Below are positions 48,758 to 58,259 of a stretch of DNA of 64,000 bases, piece by piece. Every line of letters begins with the position of its first letter. Within the stretch, counting starts at the first letter, position 1. The position numbers and the translations under genes are program-made. The notes below the pieces were generated by a model. That model had not been told where the DNA came from, did not search any database, and saw only the letters and a list, made by a program, of their open reading frames with translations. The stretch is from Nannocystis radixulma (GTDB lineage: Bacteria; Myxococcota_A; Polyangia; Nannocystales; Nannocystaceae). The stretch is taken from the NCBI RefSeq assembly GCF_028369095.1, contig NZ_JAQNDN010000024.1:757253-821252 (forward strand), read 5' to 3'.

Positions 48758-49858
48758 TCACGCTGCGCGCGACCACAGCGCCGCGTCGAGCTCGGCGCAT
48801 AGCCGCGTGGCCACCGCGGCCGAGGGCACGCCGAGCCGCTGCAGCGCCGGCACCTCGAGTCGCTGCAGCGACGCGTCCAGCTCCGCGATCGCCGCCTGTC
48901 GCGCGGCTGCGACCTCGGCTCTGCCGGCGACATCGAGCTGTCCCATGAGCCAGGCGTCGATCGCCCACGCCAGTTCGGCGTGACGCGCCTCGTCGGCGGC
49001 GATCTCGGCGTACATGCTGCGCATCGCAGGCTCGGCGGCGAAGCGGGCCTGATGGGCCGCCGACAGCGCCGCCCAGGTCTCGCGCACGCAGCCCTCGACC
49101 GCGTTCTCGACGGCGATCGCCAGCAGATCGCGCTCGGCCACCGCGACGTAGGCCGGCGGCGTGACCTCGGCGCCGCGAGCCCGCGCGGCGTCGGCGACGA
49201 CCTGGGCGTGGCGGACCTCGTCCGCGGCGGCGGCATCGATGCGCGCCAGCAGCTCGGCCGGCGCGCCAAGGTCTGCCAGCTCCTGCGCGAGCGCCTGGAA
49301 CGCGTGAACCGAGGCCGCCTCGTCGTGAGCCGCGCGCGCCAGCCAGGCCGCGGCCGCTTCGGCGTCGCCCCCGTGCCCCCGCGACGCCACGCTCGCGTGC
49401 CGCCGGCCCTCGCAGTAGGCCAGGTAGACGCACGTGACCGTCACCTTGTTGGCGACCTTGACGACATCGCACGATTTCAGAGATTCGTGCTGTTCGCCCG
49501 CAGGCTGGCAGACGACCTCGCAGGTCTCCTCGTCGGAGAGCACGACGCCGCCCGTCGTGCTCGCGTCCGTCGTGCTCGCGTCCGTCGTGCTCGCGTCCGT
49601 CGTGCTCGCGCCCGTCGTGCTCGCGTCCGTCGTCCCCTCGGAGGTGGTCGGCCCGGCGGTCGTGTCACCGCCGAGGACCGGCATGCCGCCATGCTGAAAC
49701 TCCGCGTATTCCTCGGGTGTCATCTCGATCTTGTCCTCGTAGGTCGTCGGGCATTCACCGCGCGGGGGATAGCAGCCGGACAGCAAGACCGAGAACAGCG
49801 CCGCCAGTGACACATCGAGTCTATTGAAAGAAGAAGAGATAAGCGGATTCGAACTCAT
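48758..49858 (-). CDS. Lipoprotein with a ferritin-like (di-iron-type EARHAE) C-terminal domain and an (ASTTD)n repeat linker
   Basis: Internal ATG at 49856-49858 (MSSNPLISSSFNRLDVSLAALFSVLLSGCYPP). Five 15-bp tandem repeats at ~49550-49630 encode TDAST units. The C-terminal domain has paired E…H helices. Confidence 0.6.
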   Translation of the reverse strand: MSSNPLISSSFNRLDVSLAALFSVLLSGCYPPRGECPTTYEDKIEMTPEEYAEFQHGGMPVLGGDTTAGPTTSEGTTDASTTGASTTDASTTDASTTDASTTGGVVLSDEETCEVVCQPAGEQHESLKSCDVVKVANKVTVTCVYLAYCEGRRHASVASRGHGGDAEAAAAWLARAAHDEAASVHAFQALAQELADLGAPAELLARIDAAAADEVRHAQVVADAARARGAEVTPPAYVAVAERDLLAIAVENAVEGCVRETWAALSAAHQARFAAEPAMRSMYAEIAADEARHAELAWAIDAWLMGQLDVAGRAEVAAARQAAIAELDASLQRLEVPALQRLGVPSAAVATRLCAELDAALWSRAA

Positions 49859-50178
49859 GCCGCCGAGGCTAGCAGGCCGCTCCCTGCACGCCAAGCCGCC
49901 CCTGCACGCCGCGCTCAGTCGCCGCGGTGCCGCGCTGAATTTGCCGCTGAGCATTGCTGCGCGCCGGTCGAGACACGGCACAGCCGCAGGCGGTAGGTCT
50001 CATGCACGTCGAGGGCGCTCCGGAAATCGGTCGGCCTGACCTCGGGGACAGGTTGATTTCTCGTGGTGCTGGGGACGCAGCGGGAGGACTGGACCTGGCG
50101 CGCAGGCGGCGGGCCGATCCGACCCTCGTCCGCCCGCTCGACAATCGCCACAGGCCCCGCGCCCGCGAGTGCACGATG

Positions 50179-51288
50179 TCAGTCGCGCTGCCCGCGGGTG
50201 CGTGGATCTTTGTAATAGGCCCGCAGCGACCGGTGGTCGGCCCTGCGCGCGCGGTTGCGGGCCGCGGTCTCGCGGTCGCGGGTCAGCGACGCGAGCTCGG
50301 CGACCAGCTTGCGGTAGCTGTCGAGGCGCTCCAGCTCGATCACCCCGGACGCCGCGGCAGCCTGGACCGCGCAGCCGGGCTCGTGCGCGTGGGTGCAGTC
50401 GCGGAAGCGGCAGCCCTCGGCGACCGCGGCGATGTCGGCGAACGCCTCCGGCACGCTCTCGTCGGCGTTCCACAGCCCGAGCTCGCGCATGCCCGGCGTA
50501 TCGATGACGAGGCCGCCGCGCGGCAGCACCAGCAGCTCGCGGTGGGTCGTCGTGTGGCGGCCCTTGCCGTCGTCGCGCAGGCTGCCGGTGCTGAGCCGCT
50601 CCTCGCCGAGCCAGCGGTTGATGAGCGTGCTCTTGCCGACGCCCGACGCGCCGATCAGCGCGGTCGTCTGCGGGCGGGCGACATAGGCGTCGAGCTCGTC
50701 GAGGCCCTGGCCGCTGACGCTCGACAGCACGTGGACCGGGACGGCGCGGCCGCCGGCGACCTTGTCGAGCAGCGGACGGATGGCCGAAAGGACAGGTTCT
50801 GCACTTTCGACCAGGTCGGCCTTGGTCAGCGCCAGCACCGGCGCGGCGCCGCTGGCCAGGGTGATCGCCAGGTAGCGCTCGAGCCGGCGCAGGTTGGGCG
50901 GCTGGTCGAGCGGGTGGACGATGAAGACGGCGTCGACGTCGGCGGCGACGATCTGCGGGGCGGCGGCGCGGCCGGCGGCGCGGCGGGTCAGGACGGTCTT
51001 GCGCGGCAGCACGGCGTGGATCGTCGCGGTGCCGGCGGCGGCGTGGACGTCGAGCGCGACCCAGTCGCCGACGGCGGGCTTGAGCATCGCGTCCTTCGCG
51101 GCGGCCTTGCGCAGCTTGCCGGCCAGATCGCCGCGCAGCTCGCCGGCGGCGGCGAGGACGATGTAGCCGCCGCGGTGCTCGGCGGCGACGCGGCCGGGCA
51201 GGTTGCCGTCGCCGCGGTGGGCCGCCCAGGCGCTCGCCGCGTGTTCGTCCCAGCCGAGGCGCGCCAGCGGATCTGGCGCTTCGGTCAT
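50179..51288 (-). CDS. rsgA: Ribosome small-subunit-dependent GTPase A
   Basis: Internal ATG at 51286-51288. GASGVGKSTLIN is the P-loop, and the C-terminal zinc motif reads CRFRDCTHAHEPGC. The gene order is circularly permuted, as is typical of RsgA. Confidence 0.85.
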   Translation of the reverse strand: MTEAPDPLARLGWDEHAASAWAAHRGDGNLPGRVAAEHRGGYIVLAAAGELRGDLAGKLRKAAAKDAMLKPAVGDWVALDVHAAAGTATIHAVLPRKTVLTRRAAGRAAAPQIVAADVDAVFIVHPLDQPPNLRRLERYLAITLASGAAPVLALTKADLVESAEPVLSAIRPLLDKVAGGRAVPVHVLSSVSGQGLDELDAYVARPQTTALIGASGVGKSTLINRWLGEERLSTGSLRDDGKGRHTTTHRELLVLPRGGLVIDTPGMRELGLWNADESVPEAFADIAAVAEGCRFRDCTHAHEPGCAVQAAAASGVIELERLDSYRKLVAELASLTRDRETAARNRARRADHRSLRAYYKDPRTRGQRD

Positions 51289-52772
51289 GTCTTTTTGCCC
51301 ATGTTGATGATGACCTTCTTCGACCCGGTATGGATCACCGGGCGCGGATCGGCGAACTTGCGCACGCAGGCGACGCCGTCGCCGAACGGGCCCGCGCCCT
51401 CGTAGATCGGCTCGATGACGACGCGGCCGGCGCGATCGATGTAGCCCCACTTGTGGTCGATGCGGACGGCGGCGAGGCCCTCGCTGAAGCTCTGGGCCAG
51501 GTCGAAGCGCGGCTCGATGACGATGCGGCCCTCGCGGTCGATGAAGCCGGTCTTGGCGCCGACGCCGACCGGGGCCAGACCCTCGGCGAAGTTGCCGGCG
51601 CGGAGGAAGCGGAAGTCGACCGCGGCGGTGCCGCTGGTGTCGCAGTAGCCGTACTGGCCGCTGTCGCCGACGGCGGCGAGGCCGTCGTGGAAGTCGCCGG
51701 CGTCGGTGAAGCGCGGCTCGATGGCCCACGCGCCGGTGACGTCGATGAAGCCGAACAGGTCGTCCTGCTGCACGCAGGCGAGGCCCTCGCAGAACTCGCC
51801 GGCGTAGTCGAAGCCGGCGGGGACGACGACTTGGCCGGTGCGGTCGATGTAGCCCCAGGCGGGCACGCCGATCCGCGACAGCGCGCGGAACGGGGCCCGG
51901 CCGGCGGTGAAGCGGCCGAGCTGCGAGGCCTGCGGCGGGGCCGGCACGAACGTACCGTTGCGATCGCAGTAGCCGGTCTGGTCGCCGAGCTGCACGCACG
52001 CGAGGCCGTCGGAGAAGCTGGCGGCGGCGGCGTAGGCGGCGGGGATGGCGAGCGCGCCGTGGACGTCGATGAAGCCCCAGCCGCCCTCGAGCCGCACGGC
52101 GGCGAGGCCCTCGCTGAAGCCGAGCGTGAGCGCGTAGGTCGGGGCGATGACGACCTCGCCGGTGGCGCGGACGAAGCCGAAGCGGTCGCCGTCGCGGAAC
52201 GGCAGCAGGCCGCTCGCGTGCGGCAGGGCGAACCGCAGGGCCGAGGCCGCGAGCACGGCGCCGCGCGGGTCGATCAGCTGGAAGGTGCCGGGCTCGCCGT
52301 GCGGGTTGACGTAGGGGAAGTCGATGTTGCGCAGCAGGGCGCCCATCAGCGCGTCTGGCGATTCGGACAGGTCGGCGCCCGACTCGACGCGGCTGGCGAC
52401 GCGGTCGAGCAGGGCCACGACCTCCTTCATGCCGGTCGGCGCGTCGCCGAGGTAGGTGCCGAACTCGTGGCCGAGGCGCAGGGTGCAGCGCGACTTCTTC
52501 TTCGGGCCCTCGAGCACCTCGATCTCGTGCTGGTAGTCGGCCATCGCGTCGCCGTGCAGGCCGGTCGCCGCCTTGAAGCCGTACTGCGCCAGGCGGCCGA
52601 GGATGTCGCCGTACACCTCGGGCGGCAGCTGCACCTCGCACTGCCGACCTTGCGAGCTCCACGTCGCGCGCCCGTCGGGGTCGAGCGTCAGCGTGTCGAC
52701 CTCGCTCGAGTGGCGGGAGCCGACGCGATAGACGATCTGGGTCGCACGGCTGAGGGTGCCGGTGGCGTTCAT
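51285..52772 (-). CDS. WG-repeat (KWG/PF14903-like) beta-propeller-like protein
   Basis: About ten repeats of the form F.EGLA.V…G.WGYIDR.G..VI.P. Confidence 0.75.
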   Translation of the reverse strand: MNATGTLSRATQIVYRVGSRHSSEVDTLTLDPDGRATWSSQGRQCEVQLPPEVYGDILGRLAQYGFKAATGLHGDAMADYQHEIEVLEGPKKKSRCTLRLGHEFGTYLGDAPTGMKEVVALLDRVASRVESGADLSESPDALMGALLRNIDFPYVNPHGEPGTFQLIDPRGAVLAASALRFALPHASGLLPFRDGDRFGFVRATGEVVIAPTYALTLGFSEGLAAVRLEGGWGFIDVHGALAIPAAYAAAASFSDGLACVQLGDQTGYCDRNGTFVPAPPQASQLGRFTAGRAPFRALSRIGVPAWGYIDRTGQVVVPAGFDYAGEFCEGLACVQQDDLFGFIDVTGAWAIEPRFTDAGDFHDGLAAVGDSGQYGYCDTSGTAAVDFRFLRAGNFAEGLAPVGVGAKTGFIDREGRIVIEPRFDLAQSFSEGLAAVRIDHKWGYIDRAGRVVIEPIYEGAGPFGDGVACVRKFADPRPVIHTGSKKVIINMGKKT

Positions 52773-52865
52773 TCGGGGGGACCTCGGGGGGCCCGACTAT
52801 AGCGCGCCGCTATTGTCGCGGGAGGCGGGGCGACGCCCGCCGCGACCCGCCGCCGCCGCGCGCGC

Positions 52866-53525
52866 TCACGAACCGGTCGCGGCCGGGCCGGCGTCGCCGT
52901 CGTCGCGGTCGAGGGCGCGACGGATGCTGGCGGCCCAGCCTTCGAGGTCGGTGAGCGTGGCCTGAAGCTCGGCCGGCGAACGGGCCAACTCGGCGAGGCG
53001 GGCCCGCAGCTGCTCTTTGCCGAGGCGCAGCCGGCCGCGCACGGTGCCCTCGGGGACGCTCAGCAGCTCGCTGATCTCGCGCCCCGACAGGCCCTCGAAG
53101 ATGTTGAGCTCGAGCACGATTTGCTGGTCGAGCGGGATCTCTCGCAGCGCCAGCACCAGCAATTGGGCCTCGCGCCGGCGCATCACGATCGAGCTCATCG
53201 ACGACGGCGACAGGTCCTTGGCGCACAGCGCCCCGAAGTCGAGCGCCTCGCCCTGGCGCTTGTGCTTGGTGCGGATGTAGAGCCGCAGCACGTTGAGCGC
53301 GATGGCGAAGACGAACCGCTTGAAGCTGGTCTCGCCGCGGAAGCCGTCCTTCGCCTTGGTGCACTCGAGGAAGGTCTGACTGACGAGGTCGGCCGCGTCG
53401 TGCTCGCTCGAGACCTTGTTGCGGAAGAAGCGGGCGATGGCGCCGAAGTGTCGCTTCACCAGCCGCTCTCCTGCGCCGCGATCGCCGCGACGCCAGGCCG
53501 AGAGCAGTTCCCAATCGGGGTCCAT
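52866..53525 (-). CDS. ECF-type RNA polymerase sigma-70 family factor
   Basis: A region-2-like segment and a region-4 helix-turn-helix (GLSGREISELLSVPEGTVRGRL). Confidence 0.8.
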   Translation of the reverse strand: MDPDWELLSAWRRGDRGAGERLVKRHFGAIARFFRNKVSSEHDAADLVSQTFLECTKAKDGFRGETSFKRFVFAIALNVLRLYIRTKHKRQGEALDFGALCAKDLSPSSMSSIVMRRREAQLLVLALREIPLDQQIVLELNIFEGLSGREISELLSVPEGTVRGRLRLGKEQLRARLAELARSPAELQATLTDLEGWAASIRRALDRDDGDAGPAATGS

Positions 53526-53598
53526 GGCGTCCTCGATCTTACATCGATCGCGGCGCCCGCGGGGCCGCGTCGCCTGTTATCTTCAGCGCGATCCGACG

Positions 53599-56500
53599 AT
53601 GTCGACGCCGCCCCACACGCCGCCCGACACACCGTCCGCCCGCGGCGCAGGTGCGGGCACGTGGGCCGACGTCGACGTCCATCGTCTCCACGCACGCGTC
53701 ATGGGCCGACTGTTCGGCGAGCCGGCGGCGCCGACCACCATCGGTCGTTTTCGCGTCGAGCGGCGGCTCGGGGCGGGGGCCATGGGCGTCGTGTATGCGG
53801 CCGTCGACGCCCAACTCGGCCGCCGCGTGGCGATCAAGTTGCTGCACCCGCACCTCCAGGGCGACGAGCAGGGTCGCGCCCGTCTGTTGCGTGAGGCCCG
53901 GGCGATGGCCCGCCTCGAGCACGAGCACGTGGCGCGGATCTACGAGGTCGGCGCGTGGGGCGACCAGGTCTACATCGCCATGGAATTGATCGAGGGCGTG
54001 ACCCTCGAGGCCTGGCTGCGCGAGCGCCCGCGGCCGTGGCACACGGTGCTCATGGTGTACCTGCAGGCCGGACGGGCGCTGGCCGCGGCTCACCACGCGG
54101 GCCTGCTCCACCGCGACTTCAAGCCCGAGAACGTGCTCGTCGACAACCGCGGCCGCGCCCGCGTCCTCGACTTCGGCCTCACCTGCGCCCTCGATGCCGG
54201 CGAGAGCCTCGACGACGAGCTCGAGCCGCTGACGCGCACCGGCAGCATCCTCGGCACGCCCGCCTACATGGCGCCCGAGCAGCAGCGTTACGGCGCCGCC
54301 GAGCCGCGCTCCGATCAGTTCAGCTTTTGCGTGGCGCTGTTCGAGGGGCTGTTCGGACTGCGCCCGTTCGGCTCGGTTCCGCGCTTCGGGCAGGTCGAGA
54401 TCGCACCCATTCCGCGCGAAAGTCGCGTGCCTCCGCGCATCCGCCGCGCGATCGCCCGCGGCCTGTCCGAAAAGCCCGACGCCCGCTGGCCGACGATGGA
54501 CGACCTGTTGGCTGCTCTCCAGCCGCCGCGGCGGTTCGCCCGCGAGCCCGGAGCGGGTCGCGCGCGGACGGTCCTGATCGCCGGCGGAGCGGCCGCGGCC
54601 GCGGCCGGGCTGGTCGCGCTCGGGGTGAGCCTGGCCCAGCCCGAGGCAGGCCCGGTCACTTCGGGCGAGGCGCCGCCGGCGAGCGTGGGCGAGGTCGTCC
54701 CGTTCGCCGCCGACGAGCTCGCGGCCGAGCGCGCGGCGGCCGAACGCCACGCCCAGGCGCTGCGGGTCCGCGACGCCGCGTTCTCGTTGTTGCCGCGCGA
54801 CCCGACGACCGCAGCGCTGCTGCTGCGCGAGCTCGACGACCCCGGAGCGCTGGCGCAGCGGGTGCTGGCCGAGCCGATCAGCGCGGCGATCCTGCGCGGT
54901 CACGAGGGGCCGGTGCTGACGGTGCGCTGGGTCGAGGCGCCAGCCGCGGGCGGAGCTGTCCCCGGGGACAGGCAGGGTCCGGACGGCGGCGCGACCGCCG
55001 ATGCCGGCGCGGCTGTCCCTTCAGACAGGTCCGCGGGGGGCGAAGGCGCACCTGTCCCTTCGGACAGCTCCGGGTCGGGCGGCGCCGCGCCTGTCCCTCT
55101 GGACAGCTATGCGATCGAGACCATCGACGCCGCCGGCGGGCTGCGCCGGTTCGCCACCAGCGGCGGTCCGGCGAGCACGTCCGCCCGCGCCCCCGCGTTC
55201 GACCCGCGGCGCGGCCCCGCCGGCGAGCAGCTGCGGACCGACGCGCGCGGGCAGGTCTCGCTCGAGGCGGGCGGGCGCGTCGTCGCCATGCGCGGCGTCA
55301 GCGGCCCGCTCGCCGCCGTCGCCTGGAGCCCGGACGGAGCCCAGGTGGCGGCAGCCGGGCCGCGCGGCGAGGTGTGGCTGGTGGCCGACGGCCGCGCGCT
55401 GGCGATCGGCAACCGCGGCGCGGCCGTCAGCGCGCTCGCGTGGGACCGCTCCGGCCGCCAGCTGGCAATCGGCCGCGACGACGGCGGCGTCGACGTCTGG
55501 CGCGTCGACGGCCGCGCGCGCCGGGTGTTCTCGGTGGTCGGCGACGGCGGCGTGACGAGTCTGGCTTTCGGGACAGGTTGGCTCGCCAGCGGCAGCGACG
55601 ACGGCAGCGCGCGGGTGTGGCGGCTCGGCGGCGCGGCACGGCCGTACGTGCTGCGCGGGCACACCGGCCCGGTGCGGGCGCTGGCGTTCGCGCCGACCGG
55701 CGTCCGCCTGGTCAGCGGCAGCGACGACGGCAGCGCGCGGGTCTGGCGGCTCACGCCGGCGGCCCTGCGCGAGCACGACGTCGGCGCGGCGGTGCACGCG
55801 GTCGCGTGGAGCCCCGACGGCACCAGGCTGGCGGCGGCAGGGACCCGCAGCGTGTGGTTGCTGCCGGTCGACGGCGGGCCGGTGCGCCGCCGCGACCACG
55901 CCGGCACCGCGCTCGCGCTGGCCTGGCGCCCCGACGGCCAGGAGCTGGCGATCACCGACGATTCCGGCGCGATCACCTGGCTGCCCGTCGGCGAGGGCGC
56001 CACCCGGCGCGCGGCCGTCGATCGCCGGTCCGTGCCCGCGCTCGCGTGGGACCCTCGCACCAGCCGCCTGGCCGCCGGCGGCAGCGACGGCAGCTTTTTC
56101 ATCTGGCCTCCAGGACATGTCTCGGAGAACATGCCCGAGCCGACCCGCGCCGCCCAGGGCCGGGGGCCGATCACCGCGCTGGCGTGGTCGCCGGTCGACG
56201 AGCGCCTGGCGGCCGTGACCGCGACCGGCTTCGTGCTGGTGCGCGTCGAGCAGACCGTGTTCATCGAGCTGGGCCAGCCGCTGCGCGCGCTGGCCTGGAG
56301 CCCCGCCGGCGACGCGCTCGCGGTCGCGGGCGAGGGCAGGGCGCTGGTGCGGATCGCCGCGGCCACCGGGGTGCGCAGCGAGGTCGGACGCGCCGGCGCG
56401 CCGCTCGACAGCGTCGCCTGGGATCCGCAGGGCACGTGGATCGCCGCCGGTGCGGCCGACGGCGAGCTCCACTTCTGGTCGCTGCAGGGCGACGACGGCC

Positions 56501-56760
56501 CCGAGGTGCTCGCGGGTCACGGCGCCGGCGTGCACGCGCTCGCCTTCGACGCGCGCGGCGACCGCCTGGCCTCGGCCGGCGCCGACGGCCGCGTCGTCGT
56601 CTGGCCGCGCCTGAACGCCGATCTGCGCGCGCGCCTCGTCGCGGCCACGCAGGCCTGTCTGCAGCCCGCGGAGCGCCGGCGCCACCTCGGCGAATCGCAG
56701 GAGACCGCCGACGCGCGGGCCGCCGCGTGCGAACGATCGTTTGGTAATGCGAATTACTAA
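53599..56760 (+). CDS. Ser/Thr protein kinase fused to WD40 beta-propeller repeats
   Basis: Internal ATG at 53599. Kinase motifs LGAGAMGVVY, AIK, HRDFKPENVL, DFG and APE. At least ten WD-like repeats follow (…GSDDGSARVWRL…). Confidence 0.9.
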   Translation: MSTPPHTPPDTPSARGAGAGTWADVDVHRLHARVMGRLFGEPAAPTTIGRFRVERRLGAGAMGVVYAAVDAQLGRRVAIKLLHPHLQGDEQGRARLLREARAMARLEHEHVARIYEVGAWGDQVYIAMELIEGVTLEAWLRERPRPWHTVLMVYLQAGRALAAAHHAGLLHRDFKPENVLVDNRGRARVLDFGLTCALDAGESLDDELEPLTRTGSILGTPAYMAPEQQRYGAAEPRSDQFSFCVALFEGLFGLRPFGSVPRFGQVEIAPIPRESRVPPRIRRAIARGLSEKPDARWPTMDDLLAALQPPRRFAREPGAGRARTVLIAGGAAAAAAGLVALGVSLAQPEAGPVTSGEAPPASVGEVVPFAADELAAERAAAERHAQALRVRDAAFSLLPRDPTTAALLLRELDDPGALAQRVLAEPISAAILRGHEGPVLTVRWVEAPAAGGAVPGDRQGPDGGATADAGAAVPSDRSAGGEGAPVPSDSSGSGGAAPVPLDSYAIETIDAAGGLRRFATSGGPASTSARAPAFDPRRGPAGEQLRTDARGQVSLEAGGRVVAMRGVSGPLAAVAWSPDGAQVAAAGPRGEVWLVADGRALAIGNRGAAVSALAWDRSGRQLAIGRDDGGVDVWRVDGRARRVFSVVGDGGVTSLAFGTGWLASGSDDGSARVWRLGGAARPYVLRGHTGPVRALAFAPTGVRLVSGSDDGSARVWRLTPAALREHDVGAAVHAVAWSPDGTRLAAAGTRSVWLLPVDGGPVRRRDHAGTALALAWRPDGQELAITDDSGAITWLPVGEGATRRAAVDRRSVPALAWDPRTSRLAAGGSDGSFFIWPPGHVSENMPEPTRAAQGRGPITALAWSPVDERLAAVTATGFVLVRVEQTVFIELGQPLRALAWSPAGDALAVAGEGRALVRIAAATGVRSEVGRAGAPLDSVAWDPQGTWIAAGAADGELHFWSLQGDDGPEVLAGHGAGVHALAFDARGDRLASAGADGRVVVWPRLNADLRARLVAATQACLQPAERRRHLGESQETADARAAACERSFGNANY

Positions 56761-57061
56761 ATGATCGAATGCGCCGTCACGGAACGGTGAATGTGCACAC
56801 TCGATCGCGGCGCGGGCGCCGGCCCCCAGCGCTCGCGACCGACCGGCGCAGCCCCGCTCCCCGGTCGTGAACAGGCCGCCATACCCTCGTGACACGGGAT
56901 TCGCGAATTTTCGGCGAACCGTAGTGATCGATCGGGCGAGCCCCGTTACTCGAGATGCGGGTCGGGGTTCCACGGTTCGCCGCGGTGTTCCCGCCCATGC
57001 GCCACGGAGGGTGCTCTGCCAGGGAGGCTGTCTTTTAGGCCAGGATGGCCAATCCTATTTC

Positions 57062-57122
57062 TCGCGGTCCGACACGGCCGTCGCCAGCCTTGCATGTGCA
57101 TGCAAGGCCGGCCTGTCGGACA
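57062..57122. promoter_or_regulatory. Composite ~60-bp palindrome upstream of the 57170 gene
   Basis: Core CCTTGCATG-TG-CATGCAAGG is flanked by gtccgacacggcc … ggcctgtcggac. Confidence 0.4.
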
Positions 57123-57169
57123 GCATTCGTCGCCGCCGGGCGGGTGCCCGCGGCCTTCAAGGAGAGCGC

Positions 57170-58168
57170 ATGTCGACAGTACGATCGCAGGGGCGCCGTT
57201 CGCTCCTGGTGGTGGGGATCGCATTGTCCCTGGCTGTTCCGGCCCCCGCATGGGCCGCGCAGCCAGGGGAGTCCACGACTGAATGGAAGACCGATTCGGC
57301 CAAGCCGGCCGCCGACGACGACATCGTCCTCGACGACTCGCCCGAGCCGAGCAACAACAACAAGAAGAAGAGCGGCAAGAAGAAGGCCGCTCCCAAGCCG
57401 CAGCCGCGCGAGGCCGTGATCAGCGCCCAGGTCGAGAAGGCCGAGGCCGAGCGCGCGCCGCTGCAGGACCAGGCGCAGAAGCTGTCCGACGCCGGTAACC
57501 TCGAGGGTGCCGTCGGCCTGCTCGCCGGTGGGGCCGAGGCCCTGCGCGACCCGGTGCTGCACCTCGCGGCCGCCGACGCGCGGCAGAAGCTCGCGCGCAA
57601 GCGCAGCGCCGACCAGGCCAAGGCCGAGTGGGAGGCCAGCCTGCGCCACATCGACCGCGCCGACGCCCTGCTGGCGGCCAGCAGCGGCGGCGCCCTCGAC
57701 GGCATCCGCGTCAGCCCCGACGACGTCGAGACGATGCACGCCTGGAGCACCGAGCTGCGCGCCGCGGCCGACGGGGCCTTGCCCGACCTCGTGCGCCGCA
57801 CCAATCCGGTGCGCCGCAACGCCCGCGGCGAGCTGATCGCCGGCTCGATCTTCCTCGCTGGCGGCCTCGCGGGCCTCGGCGTCATGGCCGGCGGCATCTA
57901 TCTCAGCCGCTCCGCCGACCGCGAGCTGCCCAAGGCGGGCGACAACCCCATGTACCTCGAGCCGCTCGAGGCGCAGAAGAAGAAGGGCGACACCATGACC
58001 GCCGCCGGCGCGGTCGCGGGTGTCCTCGGCGTCGCGCTCGGCGTCACCCTGGTCGCTCTCGGCGCGACCGACTTCAAGAAGGCGAAAATGGAGCAGCTGT
58101 CGCGCGTCTCCGTCGCCCCGACCTTCGCCCCGACGTACGGGGGCCTGTCCCTGTCTGCACGCTTCTGA
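57170..58168 (+). CDS. Hypothetical secreted / membrane-anchored protein
   Basis: Internal ATG at 57170 after aaggagag. Signal peptide RRSLLVVGIALSLAVPAPAWA and a C-terminal hydrophobic segment. Confidence 0.6.
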   Translation: MSTVRSQGRRSLLVVGIALSLAVPAPAWAAQPGESTTEWKTDSAKPAADDDIVLDDSPEPSNNNKKKSGKKKAAPKPQPREAVISAQVEKAEAERAPLQDQAQKLSDAGNLEGAVGLLAGGAEALRDPVLHLAAADARQKLARKRSADQAKAEWEASLRHIDRADALLAASSGGALDGIRVSPDDVETMHAWSTELRAAADGALPDLVRRTNPVRRNARGELIAGSIFLAGGLAGLGVMAGGIYLSRSADRELPKAGDNPMYLEPLEAQKKKGDTMTAAGAVAGVLGVALGVTLVALGATDFKKAKMEQLSRVSVAPTFAPTYGGLSLSARF

Positions 58169-58259
58169 CCTGGCCCGAGGGCCGCGATCGTCGCCCCGGC
58201 CCGGGCCCCGCGATCCCCACCTGTCCTACGGGCCATCTCTTCCAGGAGCACCTTCGACC

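Noticed and set aside
49836-49860. GGATTCGAACTC resembles a tRNA T-loop (GGTTCGAATCC)
   Set aside because: There is no flanking acceptor or T-stem complementarity. The segment is the AT-rich 5' end of the ferritin-like lipoprotein gene (MSSNPLISS).
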